Assembly: GCA_036478235.1 (NCBI GenBank)
Contig: JAZGDZ010000097.1
Coordinates: 33,058-97,057 of the forward strand
Origin: Acidimicrobiia bacterium
GTDB taxonomy: Bacteria > Actinomycetota > Acidimicrobiia > Spongiisociales > UBA11373
DNA length: 64,000 nt
Direction: 5' to 3'
Part shown: one piece after another, positions 28,996 through 39,682 of the stretch
How the letters are laid out: each line of letters opens with the position of its first letter
How positions within the stretch are numbered: position 1 is the stretch's first letter
Program-made: the position numbers and the translations under genes
The notes under the pieces: generated by a model
What the model was told of the DNA's origin: nothing
Database searches by the model: none
What the model saw: only the letters and a program-made list of their open reading frames with translations

Positions 28996-29845
28996 CCTGA
29001 GGATCGCCACCCGAAGGTCCCGGTTAGCGATATCCCAGGCAGAGTGGGTTGCATCGGCCATATCCGAAGCCCACCCCGGTCTCGAAGTGTCTCTGGTCGA
29101 AGTGAGCACGACCGGCGACGATGATCGAACTTCTCGTGTGACGGTCCTCTCCGAGGTGGGGGCGTTTGTCCGCGCCGTCCAGCAGGCAGTCCTCGAGGGG
29201 AGAGCCGACCTGGCGGTTCACTCCTGCAAGGACCTCCCGGTGGAGGGGCCTCCGGATCTGGCCGCGGTCTATCCGCGGCGTGAGGAGCCGTGGGACGTCC
29301 TATGCGGACAGGATCTCGATTCGCTCCCATCCGGAGCGCGGGTAGGTACCGGCAGCCCTCGGCGCGCAGCTCAGATGGCGAGGTTGCGCCCCGACGTTGA
29401 GATCAAAAGCGTTCGAGGCAATGTCGACACCAGGCTGGGAAGGGTGAGCTCGGGCGAGTTCGACGCCGTGATTCTGGCCGAAGCGGGTCTGCGCCGGCTG
29501 GGCCGCGAGGCCGAGATCGGTTACCGCTTCGATCTCGAGGAGATGGTCCCGGCGCCGGCTCAGGCGGCCCTGGCCGTGGAGGCCAAGGTTCGAAGTCCGG
29601 CGGCTGAGATGGCTCTGAGCATCGACGACCCCGCTACCAGGCGCACCGTCGAAGCGGAGCGGGCCCTGCTTGCCAACACCCGTGCCGGATGTCGTTCGGC
29701 CCTGGGGGCTCTCGGATCACTCGACGGGTCGAAGATTCGGCTGACCGGTTTCGTCCAGGATGAGCGTGGGGCTCGTTACGGAGAGGCCGAAGCCACCGAG
29801 CCCGACGCTGTGGCTCGCCATCTGCAATCTGTCCTGGGCCTGTGA
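28988..29845 (+). CDS. hemC: Porphobilinogen deaminase (hydroxymethylbilane synthase)
   Basis: LRIATRRSRLAISQAEWV N-terminus; ATG 28988 overlaps the hemA stop. Confidence 0.9.
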   Translation: MSDLRIATRRSRLAISQAEWVASAISEAHPGLEVSLVEVSTTGDDDRTSRVTVLSEVGAFVRAVQQAVLEGRADLAVHSCKDLPVEGPPDLAAVYPRREEPWDVLCGQDLDSLPSGARVGTGSPRRAAQMARLRPDVEIKSVRGNVDTRLGRVSSGEFDAVILAEAGLRRLGREAEIGYRFDLEEMVPAPAQAALAVEAKVRSPAAEMALSIDDPATRRTVEAERALLANTRAGCRSALGALGSLDGSKIRLTGFVQDERGARYGEAEATEPDAVARHLQSVLGL

Positions 29846-30540
29846 TCGTGAGCCGGGTTGCCGTAACCACCACGCCTGACCGGGCCTCGACCATCGGGGA
29901 GACGCTGGTCGCCCATCAACTGGAGCCGGTCATCCTCCCTTGTATTGAGGTGATCGCAGCTCCAGAAAGTGTTCTGGATGAGGTTCGGACGATATCGGCA
30001 GATGCCGATTGGATCGTGGTCACGTCGTCGAGAGCGGTACAACTCGTATGGTCGTCGGGTGGGATGCTGGATGTTCCAGTGGCCGCCGTCGGCGCCTCGA
30101 CGGCCGCTGCGGTCGAAGCTGCCGGGGGAAGCGTGGAGATGGCCGGCCACTCTGGCGCCGACGCGCTGACAGCAAGGTTGACGTCGATGGTGGTGGGAAG
30201 ATCTGTTGTCTTCCCCCATGCGGTCGGAGCAGACCTCTCCACCATCGAGAGTTTGGAGAAGGCAGGCGCTCGCGTCATGGCAATACCGGTCTATGAGACC
30301 CGCCCCATCGCCCCCGGTCTCGACCTCGTGGACGTCGTTATCTTCGGGTCCCCATCGGTGATAACAGGGTGGTGTCGATCCCGCGAGCTCGACGACCTGG
30401 TGCTGGCCGTCATCGGGGAGACGACGGAACGGGCGCTGGCCGAAAACGGTTATCAGGCTCATGTGATCCCGGATCGCCCCGATTACGAAGCCCTCGTCAC
30501 CGCCCTCGATGGTTATTTGAGAGAGAGGAGTCTGGCGTGA
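29842..30540 (+). CDS. hemD: Uroporphyrinogen-III synthase
   Basis: HemD-fold protein between hemC and hemB; GTGA overlap with hemC. Confidence 0.8.
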   Translation: MIVSRVAVTTTPDRASTIGETLVAHQLEPVILPCIEVIAAPESVLDEVRTISADADWIVVTSSRAVQLVWSSGGMLDVPVAAVGASTAAAVEAAGGSVEMAGHSGADALTARLTSMVVGRSVVFPHAVGADLSTIESLEKAGARVMAIPVYETRPIAPGLDLVDVVIFGSPSVITGWCRSRELDDLVLAVIGETTERALAENGYQAHVIPDRPDYEALVTALDGYLRERSLA

Positions 30541-31517
30541 GCGAATTTCCCGCAACACGGAACCGGCGGCTGCGACGGACTGCCGCCCTCCGCCGGCTGG
30601 TAGCAGAGACTCGGCTCCATCCTGCCTCGTTTGTCCTTCCGCTGTTTGTGATGCCGGGGCGTGGCGTGGCCAATCCCATTGGCTCCATGCCCGGTCACTC
30701 CCAGTTGTCGGTTGACGAGTTGACACCGGTGGTCAAGGAGGCGGCGTCGGCAGGTGTAGGCGGTGTCATCCTCTTCGGGATTCCCTCCTCGAAGGACGAG
30801 ATCGGCTCGGGAGCTTGGGATTCGACGGGTCCGGTCCCGACCGCCATCCGGGCGATCAAGGACCAGGTCGGAGACATGACGGTTTGGGCCGATGTATGCC
30901 TCTGTGAATACACCAGCCACGGGCATTGTGGTGTCCTCGACGGCGAGATGGTGGACAACGACAAGACCCTTCCTCTGCTGGCTCAGGCCGCAGTGGTATA
31001 CGCCGACTCGGGAGCCGACGTCATAGCTCCCTCGGACATGATGGACGGGCGGGTGGCTGCGATCAGATCTGCACTCGACTCCGGTGGTCATCACGAGCTT
31101 GCCATGTGCTCATATTCGGCAAAGTACGCCAGTGCCTATTACGGCCCCTTCCGGGAGGCAGCCGAATCGGCGCCTGCCTTCGGAGACCGCCGTACCCACC
31201 AGATGGACCCGCCCAATGTACGTGAGGCGCTGGTCGAGGTGACCCTCGATCTGGCGGAGGGCGCCGACATGGTCATGGTGAAGCCGGCTGGGCCCTACCT
31301 CGACGTGATTTCCGCGGTGCGGGCACGCACCAACGTTCCGGTAGCTGCATATCAGGTGTCGGGCGAGTACTCGATGATCGAGGCGGCAGCGCAGAACGGA
31401 TGGGTCGACGGGGAGCGGGTCATGCTGGAATCGCTCACCTCCATTGCCCGGGCCGGAGCCTCGATCACTCTCACCTATTTCGCCACGCGAGCTGCTCGCG
31501 CGCTTTCCGCATCTTGA
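30537..31517 (+). CDS. hemB: Porphobilinogen synthase (ALA dehydratase)
   Basis: [21 protein letters not shown]-terminus; GAGAGAGAGGAG RBS before GTG 30537. Confidence 0.9.
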   Translation: MSEFPATRNRRLRRTAALRRLVAETRLHPASFVLPLFVMPGRGVANPIGSMPGHSQLSVDELTPVVKEAASAGVGGVILFGIPSSKDEIGSGAWDSTGPVPTAIRAIKDQVGDMTVWADVCLCEYTSHGHCGVLDGEMVDNDKTLPLLAQAAVVYADSGADVIAPSDMMDGRVAAIRSALDSGGHHELAMCSYSAKYASAYYGPFREAAESAPAFGDRRTHQMDPPNVREALVEVTLDLAEGADMVMVKPAGPYLDVISAVRARTNVPVAAYQVSGEYSMIEAAAQNGWVDGERVMLESLTSIARAGASITLTYFATRAARALSAS

Positions 31518-32812
31518 GCGCGGTCCCGCCCCAGGAGAGCTCTGAATCCACCCGCTGGTTTGAGCGGGCCGTGAAGGTGATGCCGGGAGGAGTCAACTCT
31601 CCGGTCCGCGCCTTCAAAGCCGTCGGAGGCACTCCTCCCTTCGTCGCCTCCGCCTCGGGCCCCCACCTCACCACGGTCGACGGCGAGATCCTGGTCGACT
31701 TCATCGCCTCGTGGGGGGCGCTGATCCTGGGACATGCCGAGCCTTCGATCATCGCCGCGGTCGAGGAAGCAACTCGCAGGGGGACCTCCTTTGGGGTGCC
31801 CACTACCCAGGAGGTTGAGCTGGCCGAGCTCATCACCGAGCTGGTGCCCTCTATCGAGGTGATGAGAATGGTGAATTCCGGCACCGAGGCCACGGCCTCG
31901 GCCATCCGGGTCGCCCGGAGCGCGATCGGCAAGCCTGGGATCGTCAAGTTCGAGGGTTGCTATCACGGTCACGCCGACGCCTTTCTGGTCAAGGCCGGGA
32001 GTGGCGCCGCCACCATGGGTGAGCCCGACAGCCCGGGCGTACCTGCGGCCACGGTGGCGGACACCTATCTGGCGCGATTCAACGATCTCGAGTCGGTGGA
32101 GCAAGCCCTCGGTCAGGGCACGGCGGCGGCCGTCATCGTGGAACCGGTGGCGGGGAACATGGGTGTGGTGCCACCAGTTCCGGGATTTCTCCAGGGGCTG
32201 CGCGATCTCTGCGATAAACACGGGGCACTCCTCATTTTCGATGAGGTGATGACCGGCTTCCGGGTCGCCCGTGGTGGCGCCCAGGAGCGATATGGCGTCA
32301 CACCCGATCTGACCTGTCTGGGCAAGGTGGTGGCCGGGGGAACACCAGCTGCGGTTTACGGCGGCCGGGCCGACCTCATGAGGAGTGTCGCCCCGGACGG
32401 CCCGGTGTATCAGGCAGGGACACTGGCGGGCAACCCGCTGGCGGTGGCCGCCGGGCTCGCCACGCTGCGCCACATCGTGGAGGATCCGGGGCTCTACGAC
32501 GATCTGGAGGTGATGGGGGCCAATCTGGAGGCCAGACTCACCCAGGCGATGAAGAAGAACAATGTCGCCGGGTGCGTGCAGCGGGCCGGGGCGATGCTGA
32601 CCGTTTTCTTCGGTCCTGGGGAGGTTCACTCGTGGGACGAGGCGAGCACCGGCGATCGTGGCCGGTTTGGACGGTTCTTCCATGCCGCCTACCGGGGCGG
32701 GGTCCTCCTCCCACCGTCCCCGTTCGAGGCGCTGTTCCTGATGAAAGCCCACGATTCCGTCATTGGGCACGCCGCTGAAGTGTTGGTGGCGGCGATCGGA
32801 GAGGCGGGATGA
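31514..32812 (+). CDS. hemL: Glutamate-1-semialdehyde 2,1-aminomutase
   Basis: [22 protein letters not shown]-like, KFEGCYHGH motifs; TTG start overlapping the hemB stop. Confidence 0.9.
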   Translation: MSAVPPQESSESTRWFERAVKVMPGGVNSPVRAFKAVGGTPPFVASASGPHLTTVDGEILVDFIASWGALILGHAEPSIIAAVEEATRRGTSFGVPTTQEVELAELITELVPSIEVMRMVNSGTEATASAIRVARSAIGKPGIVKFEGCYHGHADAFLVKAGSGAATMGEPDSPGVPAATVADTYLARFNDLESVEQALGQGTAAAVIVEPVAGNMGVVPPVPGFLQGLRDLCDKHGALLIFDEVMTGFRVARGGAQERYGVTPDLTCLGKVVAGGTPAAVYGGRADLMRSVAPDGPVYQAGTLAGNPLAVAAGLATLRHIVEDPGLYDDLEVMGANLEARLTQAMKKNNVAGCVQRAGAMLTVFFGPGEVHSWDEASTGDRGRFGRFFHAAYRGGVLLPPSPFEALFLMKAHDSVIGHAAEVLVAAIGEAG

Positions 32813-33798
32813 ACCGACCGCTAGTCGACGCATTGCGACTTCGCCCTCTGTCCCGGCCTCCGGTCTGGATCATGCGTCAAGCCGGGCGCTACCTGCCTGA
32901 GTATCGAGAGCTTCGAGAGAAACACTCCTTCCAGGAGGCGGTCTCCACACCGGAACTGGCCGCCGAGATCACCCTTCAGCCCATCCGACGGTTCCGGATG
33001 GACGGCGCCGTGATATTCGCCGACATAATGACCCCGCTCGAGGCGATGGGGGTCGAGATGAGCTTTGACCCCGGTCCCAAGCTGCGACCACACTCTCTTG
33101 GCGAGATCCTCGACCTCCCCGATCTGGACACGGACCGGGTCGCTTTCGTCGCAGAGACCATTCGACGGGTTGGGACCGAAATTCCCTCCGAGACTGCCGT
33201 GATCGGGTTCGCTGGAGCCCCGGTCACCCTTCTCGCCTATCTCCTCGAAGGTAGCGGGTCCAAAGACTTCCTCGCCATGCGAGCAGCCCTACGCGGCGAC
33301 GCCACGGCAGCCGCCGCAGCATTGGACAAGCTGGCCCGGGCCATGAGGTCGTATCTCGGGATGCAGGTCGAGGCGGGTGCTCATGTAGTCCAGCTCTTTG
33401 ATACCTGGGCAGGTCTATTGGACCTGGTCACCTTCGAAAGGTTCGCGGTCCCTGCGGCGCGGGCGAGTCTGGCCGGCCTCGACGCACCCACTATCTATTT
33501 CGCGCCCGGTTCTGCCCACACTTTCGACCTCCAGACCAAAGTGGGGGCCGCCGGTTACGGCGTCGACTGGAGGACCCCAATCGTGGAAGCCCGGGCTCGG
33601 CTCGGCGAGGTCGCCGTGCAAGGCAATCTGGATCCGGCCGTGCTTCTCACCGGCCCCGCCACCATCACCTCTGAGGTCAAGGCCCTCCTGATGCGAGTGG
33701 CCGGCCGCCCTGGACACATCATGAACCTGGGGCACGGGATCGACCGGTATACACCACCAGAGAACGTGACCGCGTTCGTGGAGGCGGTGAGATCATGA
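32809..33798 (+). CDS. hemE: Uroporphyrinogen decarboxylase
   Basis: PVWIMRQAGRYLPEYR N-terminal signature. Confidence 0.9.
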   Translation: MNRPLVDALRLRPLSRPPVWIMRQAGRYLPEYRELREKHSFQEAVSTPELAAEITLQPIRRFRMDGAVIFADIMTPLEAMGVEMSFDPGPKLRPHSLGEILDLPDLDTDRVAFVAETIRRVGTEIPSETAVIGFAGAPVTLLAYLLEGSGSKDFLAMRAALRGDATAAAAALDKLARAMRSYLGMQVEAGAHVVQLFDTWAGLLDLVTFERFAVPAARASLAGLDAPTIYFAPGSAHTFDLQTKVGAAGYGVDWRTPIVEARARLGEVAVQGNLDPAVLLTGPATITSEVKALLMRVAGRPGHIMNLGHGIDRYTPPENVTAFVEAVRS

Positions 33799-35180
33799 TC
33801 GAGGTCAGTTCCGAACTGCTGACTCGCCACGACCGGCCCGGACCTCGCTACACGTCCTATCCGACCGCGGTCGAGTTCACCGAGGCTTTCGGGTCGCGTG
33901 AGTACGCCGAACGACTCGCCGCTGCCGCCCGTCGACCCGATCAGCCGTTGTCCCTATACGTTCACCTGCCATTCTGCGAGGCGCGCTGCTCGTTCTGCGC
34001 CTGTCACGTGGTCGTGACCAAACGTTCCGAGGTCTCCGACGCCTACCTGGGGCGGGTGGTGGTCGAGTCGGAGCTGATCGCCGAGCGACTCGGGGACCGG
34101 CGTCTGCTGGTCCAGTATCACTGGGGTGGTGGGACTCCGACCCATTACCCACCCGACGTCCTTGTCGAGCTCCATCGTGGGTTGCTTCGGAGATTCGAGC
34201 TTGCCCACGACGCCGAGGTGGCGATCGAGGTGGATCCGCGGGTTACCACGGCCGCGCACCTCGAAGCGCTCGTCGACGTGGGTTTCAACCGTGTCTCCCT
34301 TGGCGTCCAGGACCTCGACCCCGAGGTGCAGAGGCTGATCGGTCGCAACCAGACCGAAGAGCAGACCGTGGCGTTGTACCAGGACGCCCGGCGGCTCGGG
34401 TTCGAGTCGATCAATCTCGACCTGATCTACGGTCTCCCCGGCCAGGACGAGGAGACGATCCAGAAAACACTCGACACGGTGCTGGTGCTGCGCCCCGACC
34501 GGCTGGCCGTCTACTCGTTTGCCTTCGTGCCTTGGATGCGACCCCATCAGCGGCGTTTGGACCAGGCCCTGCTTCCGGGCACCGAGGAGAAGTTTGCACT
34601 GCTGGCTGCGTTGGTGTCGAGGCTCACTGGAGCCGGCTATCGGCACATTGGGATGGATCACTTCGCTCTTCCCAACGACGAACTGGCCCGCTCGGCTGCA
34701 GCCGGGACCCTCAATCGCAACTTCATGGGATACACGACCAAGCGGGATACCGAAGTGGTGGCGCTGGGCACGTCGGGCATCTCGGATGTAAACGGCGCAT
34801 ACGCCCAGAATCACCGGCGGCTTGCCTCCTACTACCAGGAGGTAGACGAGGGCCGGCTCCCGATCGAACGGGGATACCTGCTCGATCGCGACGACCGGCT
34901 GCGGCGGTACGTGATCACCGAGTTGATGTGCAACGGCGTCGTCGACCTCGCCGCGGCAGTTGCCCGGTTCGAAGTCCCAGACCCTGAGGTGTTTGCCGCC
35001 GAGATCGAGAACCTCTCGGGTCCGGGCGGGCTGGTCGAGGAGGGCATGGTGACCATAGAAGGCTCGACAGTGCGTGCCACCGAGTTGGGGATGCTGTTCG
35101 TGCGGCGTCTGGCGAGGGTCTTCGACGTCCACACGCCTCGTCGGTCGGATGACCGTCCGGTCTTTTCGAAGACGATTTGA
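33795..35180 (+). CDS. hemN: Oxygen-independent coproporphyrinogen III oxidase (radical SAM)
   Basis: PRYTSYPT N-terminal motif and CEARCSFCAC (CxxxCxxC) cluster; about 460 aa. Confidence 0.85.
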   Translation: MIEVSSELLTRHDRPGPRYTSYPTAVEFTEAFGSREYAERLAAAARRPDQPLSLYVHLPFCEARCSFCACHVVVTKRSEVSDAYLGRVVVESELIAERLGDRRLLVQYHWGGGTPTHYPPDVLVELHRGLLRRFELAHDAEVAIEVDPRVTTAAHLEALVDVGFNRVSLGVQDLDPEVQRLIGRNQTEEQTVALYQDARRLGFESINLDLIYGLPGQDEETIQKTLDTVLVLRPDRLAVYSFAFVPWMRPHQRRLDQALLPGTEEKFALLAALVSRLTGAGYRHIGMDHFALPNDELARSAAAGTLNRNFMGYTTKRDTEVVALGTSGISDVNGAYAQNHRRLASYYQEVDEGRLPIERGYLLDRDDRLRRYVITELMCNGVVDLAAAVARFEVPDPEVFAAEIENLSGPGGLVEEGMVTIEGSTVRATELGMLFVRRLARVFDVHTPRRSDDRPVFSKTI

Positions 35181-35192
35181 GGGGGCCACGAG

Positions 35193-36524
35193 TTGACGGT
35201 GCGGGTGATTGTGGTCGGCGCCGGTTTGAGCGGGCTATTCACGGCGTCTGAATTGGTCGGTGCCGGCCTCGATGAGGTGCTGGTCGTGGATCGTTCGGCC
35301 GAACCCGGCGGCGTGGCCCGGACCGTCCGCCGAGACGGTTATACGCTGGAGTCGGCGGCCGGGACCCTGCTGCTGCCCCATGCCCACCTGACGCCGGTAC
35401 TGGAACGGTTCGGAGGCGAGGTGATGCCCGCCGAGCCCGAAGCGGCGCTGCGGTATGTGTACACCGGAGGCCGCATGGTTGCGCTCCCGTCGTCCCCCAA
35501 GGCAGTATTTTCGCCGCTGGTTCCGGTCTCGGCCAAGCTTCGCGCTGCACTCGAGCCTTTCGTGCGAACCCCTCCCCGGTCGGAGGACGAGTCCCTCGAC
35601 ACGTTTCTTCGGCGAAGGCTCGGCGACGGACTTGGAGGGCTGCTGGCCTGGGTCGCGGCATCGGGGGTATTCGCCGGCGACCCCGCTCTCCTGTCGGCTC
35701 GCTCGTCATTCCCACTGTTTCCAGCCTTGGAGGACGAAGCCGGGTCGATCGTTCGAGGTGGGCTCCGACGATTGCGTAGCCGCCGGCGGGGAGCAGCCCG
35801 ACCGGCCAGCCACCTCCCTGTCGGTGGTATGACACGACTGGCCGAGACCGTCACCGGTGTGCTCGGCGACCGCTTCCGGGGGGCCTTCGACGTGGCCTCC
35901 GTGCTTCGCGACGGATCCGGGTGGCGGGTCGAGGGGTCGGAGACAATACGTGCCGACCACGTCGTGCTCGCCGTGAGCCCACAGGCAGCGGCAGCACTGG
36001 TCGACCTCGATCTCGGTGCGATCCTGACTCGGTCGGTGAGCGCACCCGTAGTGGTCGTCGGCCTCGGCGGACCGTCCGATCGGCTGCCGCTCCCACCAGG
36101 CTTTGGCGTACTGACCGGTCCAGACTCGGGCACAGCCAGCCTCGGTGTCCTCTTCGAGTCGTCCTACGCCCCGACACGCGCCCCAAAGGGCCATGCCCTT
36201 GCCAAAGTGATCGCAGGTGGAGCTCGCAGACCGGAGGTGGTCGACTGGGACGATGCCCGGATCATCGAGACCATCGGCAGCGAGGTGGCGCAGATCCTCG
36301 GCACCGACCTCGTCCCATCATTCGTGGAGATCATCCGTCATCGCGCCGGTATCCCCCAATACGAGATCGGGCACGGCGCTTGGCTCTCTGAGCTCGACGG
36401 CCTGCTCGGGGACAGACCCGGGCTACATCTCACCGGATGGGGGTATCGAGGTGTCGGGGTTGCGCATCTCGCGTCAGATGCGGTCGCCATCGCCAATCGC
36501 ATCGCTGGTCGTCGGCACCTGTGA
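35193..36524 (+). CDS. hemY: FAD-dependent protoporphyrinogen / coproporphyrinogen oxidase (HemY family)
   Basis: VIVVGAGLSGL dinucleotide-binding start, amine-oxidase fold, about 440 aa. Confidence 0.8.
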   Translation: MTVRVIVVGAGLSGLFTASELVGAGLDEVLVVDRSAEPGGVARTVRRDGYTLESAAGTLLLPHAHLTPVLERFGGEVMPAEPEAALRYVYTGGRMVALPSSPKAVFSPLVPVSAKLRAALEPFVRTPPRSEDESLDTFLRRRLGDGLGGLLAWVAASGVFAGDPALLSARSSFPLFPALEDEAGSIVRGGLRRLRSRRRGAARPASHLPVGGMTRLAETVTGVLGDRFRGAFDVASVLRDGSGWRVEGSETIRADHVVLAVSPQAAAALVDLDLGAILTRSVSAPVVVVGLGGPSDRLPLPPGFGVLTGPDSGTASLGVLFESSYAPTRAPKGHALAKVIAGGARRPEVVDWDDARIIETIGSEVAQILGTDLVPSFVEIIRHRAGIPQYEIGHGAWLSELDGLLGDRPGLHLTGWGYRGVGVAHLASDAVAIANRIAGRRHL

Positions 36525-36560
36525 AGGCCGGGTCTACGGCGTTTCGAATGGAGACGCCGC

Positions 36561-36932
36561 TTATTGAGCCTGACCGGCCAACTCGGCGATATCGAGCGCA
36601 ATCAGCACCAGGAGGAAGCCGATCACACTTATGTGAAGGACGGTGATGGGACGACGCCAGGGGTGATGAATCCGCCAAAACCGGTGCAGGCTGAAGACAT
36701 TGGCGGCGATGGCCACGGTGGCGATTGCGATCCCGAGGACAGGGCCCACACCGGGTGCGATTCCCAGCAGGGGCGTGACGAAGGGCAGCACGATGTAGGC
36801 GAGGACGCAGCGGATCCCGGATACCAGCATTGACACGCTGAAGGCTCTGTGTGCCTGCCCGAGTGGACCGTCCGGTAACTCCTGGTAAGCGATGGCCGCC
36901 CTCGTCTGGTCTGCCGTTGTCTTGCTCATCAA
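36561..36932 (-). CDS. Hypothetical small membrane protein
   Basis: Three hydrophobic helices; hydrophobic membrane-protein sequence, unlike the overlapping Arg-rich frame. Confidence 0.5.
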   Translation of the reverse strand: MMSKTTADQTRAAIAYQELPDGPLGQAHRAFSVSMLVSGIRCVLAYIVLPFVTPLLGIAPGVGPVLGIAIATVAIAANVFSLHRFWRIHHPWRRPITVLHISVIGFLLVLIALDIAELAGQAQ

Positions 36933-37001
36933 AGATTGCCCCGCAATTCAGGTGACGGGCCAGGAGCCTACTGCCGGTGGGGGACAAGGGAACTCGAGGT
37001 T

Positions 37002-37190
37002 TCAAGGGCCATCTGTCTCTTCGAAGATGTCGAGATACCGTCGCCACAGGCTGGCGTAGACGCCGTCGGCGGCGGTCATATGCCTGCACTCAGCCCACAG
37101 GTTGGTGTGATGTCGGCGCTGGCCTTCGATGACCAGTCTCAGGGGGGCTTGGCGAGTGAGGGCGACCGGTGACCCTTGCGATGTAGCCAC
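37002..37190 (-). CDS. Possible small protein upstream of the membrane protein (weak)
   Basis: 62-aa ORF ending DGVYASLWRRYLDIFEETDGP; no recognisable family. Confidence 0.2.
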   Translation of the reverse strand: MATSQGSPVALTRQAPLRLVIEGQRRHHTNLWAECRHMTAADGVYASLWRRYLDIFEETDGP

Positions 37191-37334
37191 AGGTAAGACC
37201 TGCTTCAGGCGGTGACACAGCTCATTGTCGCAATCGGTGGTGGGTGGTCGATGGGCGTTCTATCTGCCGCACTCGCGCTGGGACAACTGACGGTCGCGTA
37301 CCGCCACCTGAACGGAATCCGCACGCAATCCGCG

Positions 37335-37400
37335 CACCGCAACTCGAAACCACTCGACTCAACCAAACCCAATACAACCCAACCAAACACCCGGGAACCC
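37335..37400 (+). other. C-rich, G-poor tract (rut-like) in the 770-bp gap upstream of ddl
   Basis: AAACCACTCGACTCAACCAAACCCAATACAACCCAACCAAACACCCGGGAACCCC, almost G-free in a 70% GC genome. Confidence 0.3.
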
Positions 37401-37699
37401 CTATGGCGCCTGGCGATCCGGCGACAGGCGTTGAGGTGTCGAGGATACCGTTTCACCGCCATTCTTCCTTGACGCGAAAGAGGCCTTCGAGTTGTCAACC
37501 CTTGGTTGCGACAGGGGGAGGTAATCGATCATCGGTCTCTGCCGCGCAGACGGCCCAACCGCATCCATCCCTTCCCCGACTGGGAGTCGGATCGAAAGCG
37601 GACGGCGGTCGGAATCGTCACAACGGGGCGTAGCCTTCCGTGACGCCCCGACGGCGACCCGACCGGCGATAATGGCCTTCCCCATCCAGGACCCTCTCA

Positions 37700-38713
37700 A
37701 TGGCCCGCGTAGCGGTGTTCTTTGGCGGACGGTCGGAGGAGCACGAGATCTCGTGCGTTTCGGCCGTGTCCACGATCGCCGCCCTGCAGGAGATGGGCCA
37801 TGAGGCGGTCGCGATCGGCATCGATCGCCGCGGGGTCTTCCGCTTGGCCGATCCGATGCTCGACCCCCTCATCGCCGAGGGCCCATCCGTGTCGATCGAA
37901 GTGCCCGGCGGCCGACTCCTGTCCGACGGCGACCCGGTTGTGGTCGATGTGGCCTTTCCCGTGCTGCACGGCCCGTTCGGCGAAGACGGCACCATCCAGG
38001 GCCTGTTCGAGATGGCCGGTCTCGCCTACGTGGGGTCAGGGGTGCTCGGCTCGGCGATCGCAATGGACAAGGACGTGGCCAAGCGGTTGTGTCGGGAGGC
38101 CGGAATCCCGATCGGCGACTACCTGGTGGTGCGCGGCCCGGACTTCCTGGCCGAACCCGGCGCGATCGCCTCCCGCGTCCAGGCCGACCTCGGGTTCCCC
38201 GTGTTCGTCAAGCCGGCCAACATGGGCTCATCTGTCGGCATCAGCCGGGCCGACGACGAACAGACGCTCAAGGAGTCCATACACGCCGCCCTGGAGCACG
38301 ATCGCAAGGTGGTCGTTGAAGCGGAGGTTTCCGGTCGCGAGATCGAGGTTGCCGTTCTCGAGGGCCCCAGAGCGTCGGTTGCCGGGGAGATCATCGTCAA
38401 GGGCGGCTGGTACACCTACGACGCCAAGTATGAGGATGAGGCGACGGAGCTGGAAGTGCCGGCCGCCATCTCGGAAGCAGCGATGGAAACCGTGCGCGAG
38501 CTGGCATGCCACGCCTTTTCCGTGCTCGAATGCAGCGGGCTCGCTCGGGTCGACTTCTTCTACGAGGAGGGTGGGCGCGGCTTCATCCTCAATGAGCTCA
38601 ACACGATGCCGGGATTCACCCCCAAGTCGATGTTCCCGATGATGTGGGCGGCGACCGGAATGCCCTACCCGGAATTGTGCGACGAGCTGGTCACGCTCGC
38701 CCTGAGCCGGTAG
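37700..38713 (+). CDS. ddl: D-alanine--D-alanine ligase
   Basis: VFFGGRSEEHEISCVSA start; ATP-grasp motifs; ELNTMPGFT. Confidence 0.9.
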   Translation: MARVAVFFGGRSEEHEISCVSAVSTIAALQEMGHEAVAIGIDRRGVFRLADPMLDPLIAEGPSVSIEVPGGRLLSDGDPVVVDVAFPVLHGPFGEDGTIQGLFEMAGLAYVGSGVLGSAIAMDKDVAKRLCREAGIPIGDYLVVRGPDFLAEPGAIASRVQADLGFPVFVKPANMGSSVGISRADDEQTLKESIHAALEHDRKVVVEAEVSGREIEVAVLEGPRASVAGEIIVKGGWYTYDAKYEDEATELEVPAAISEAAMETVRELACHAFSVLECSGLARVDFFYEEGGRGFILNELNTMPGFTPKSMFPMMWAATGMPYPELCDELVTLALSR

Positions 38714-38761
38714 GACGAACCGAGCCTCGGGCCCGTACGAGGCCGGCCTAAGACCGTCGGT

Positions 38762-38995
38762 CTAAAGCTTGACGACCGGGCAGGTGAGGGTGCGCGTGAT
38801 CCCTTCGATGGCCTGGATCTTGGCGACCACCAGCTTGCCGAGGGCGTCGACGTCGTCGGCGGAGGCGTGCACCACGGCGTCGTAGGGTCCGGTGACCGCG
38901 TCGGCGGACTTGACGCCATCTATCTTGTTCACCGCCATGGCGACCTGGGCGGCCTTGCCGACCTCGGTCTGGATCAGCACGTACGCTTCGACCAT
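38762..38995 (-). CDS. Stand-alone Lrp/AsnC-type ligand-binding (RAM) domain protein
   Basis: 77 aa MVEAYVLIQTEVGKAAQVAM...IEGITRTLTCPVVKL; ORF-table N-terminal extension to 39238 is non-coding-like. Confidence 0.65.
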   Translation of the reverse strand: MVEAYVLIQTEVGKAAQVAMAVNKIDGVKSADAVTGPYDAVVHASADDVDALGKLVVAKIQAIEGITRTLTCPVVKL

Positions 38996-39080
38996 CTCAC
39001 TCCTCGGATCGGCTCTCCGCCGACTATACCCGCGGCGTCCGACGCCGAGTCGGGGTGACCGGGCCGTCGGGGACTGCGGC

Positions 39081-39296
39081 CTAGTAGCCGTCGGAGCCGA
39101 TTCGGACCGAGGAGGCGTAGGCCTTGTCCCCGTCCTTGGAGACTTCGAAGTTGATCCGCTGCCCCTGGCGGAGGGTGCGAAAGATGCTGCCGCCGAGCGA
39201 CCCCGGGCGGAGGAGGATCTCGGATCGATCGGCATCACTGACGATCACGCCGAAACCGGTCTTCGGGTCATACACCTTGACGACGCCCTGGGCCAT
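39081..39296 (-). CDS. Cold-shock domain protein
   Basis: MAQGVVKVYDPKTGFGVI resembles CspA RNP1 region. Confidence 0.7.
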   Translation of the reverse strand: MAQGVVKVYDPKTGFGVIVSDADRSEILLRPGSLGGSIFRTLRQGQRINFEVSKDGDKAYASSVRIGSDGY

Positions 39297-39430
39297 TGGA
39301 TCTCCGTGCTGGACGGCCGGGATTATAGGAAGCGTGCAGCAGGCAGCTTGCAGCCAGCAGCGCGCATACAGGCGGGACACGAGGACGGGAAACGGGAAAC
39401 GGAAAACGCATCAGGCGGAACGCCTGATGC

Positions 39431-39619
39431 TCAGGCCTTTTCGATCTTGCCGGCCTTGATGCACGACGTGCAGACCCGCATACGGCGGGAGTTGCTGCCG
39501 TGCCGCACCCGAACCCGCTGGATGTTCGGCAGCCAGCGACGACTCGAGCGCCGGTGGGAGTGGCTGACCTGCTTGCCGAACCACGGTTCTTTGCCACAGA
39601 CTTCACATCGATACGACAC
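39431..39619 (-). CDS. rpmB: 50S ribosomal protein L28
   Basis: [38 protein letters not shown] typical bL28; GTG start. Confidence 0.9.
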   Translation of the reverse strand: MSYRCEVCGKEPWFGKQVSHSHRRSSRRWLPNIQRVRVRHGSNSRRMRVCTSCIKAGKIEKA

Positions 39620-39682
39620 GGGGAGGATCCTCTCGGGAACGGCGAGAGGTTACCAGCACTCCCACCGGGCGCCAGCGCCCTG

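Noticed and set aside
38762-39238. 158-aa version of the AsnC-domain ORF and the 99-aa version of the cold-shock ORF as given in the ORF table
   Set aside because: The N-terminal extensions are Arg/Pro/Ser-rich and lack coding character. Internal Met starts (38995 and 39296) give the full conserved domains.
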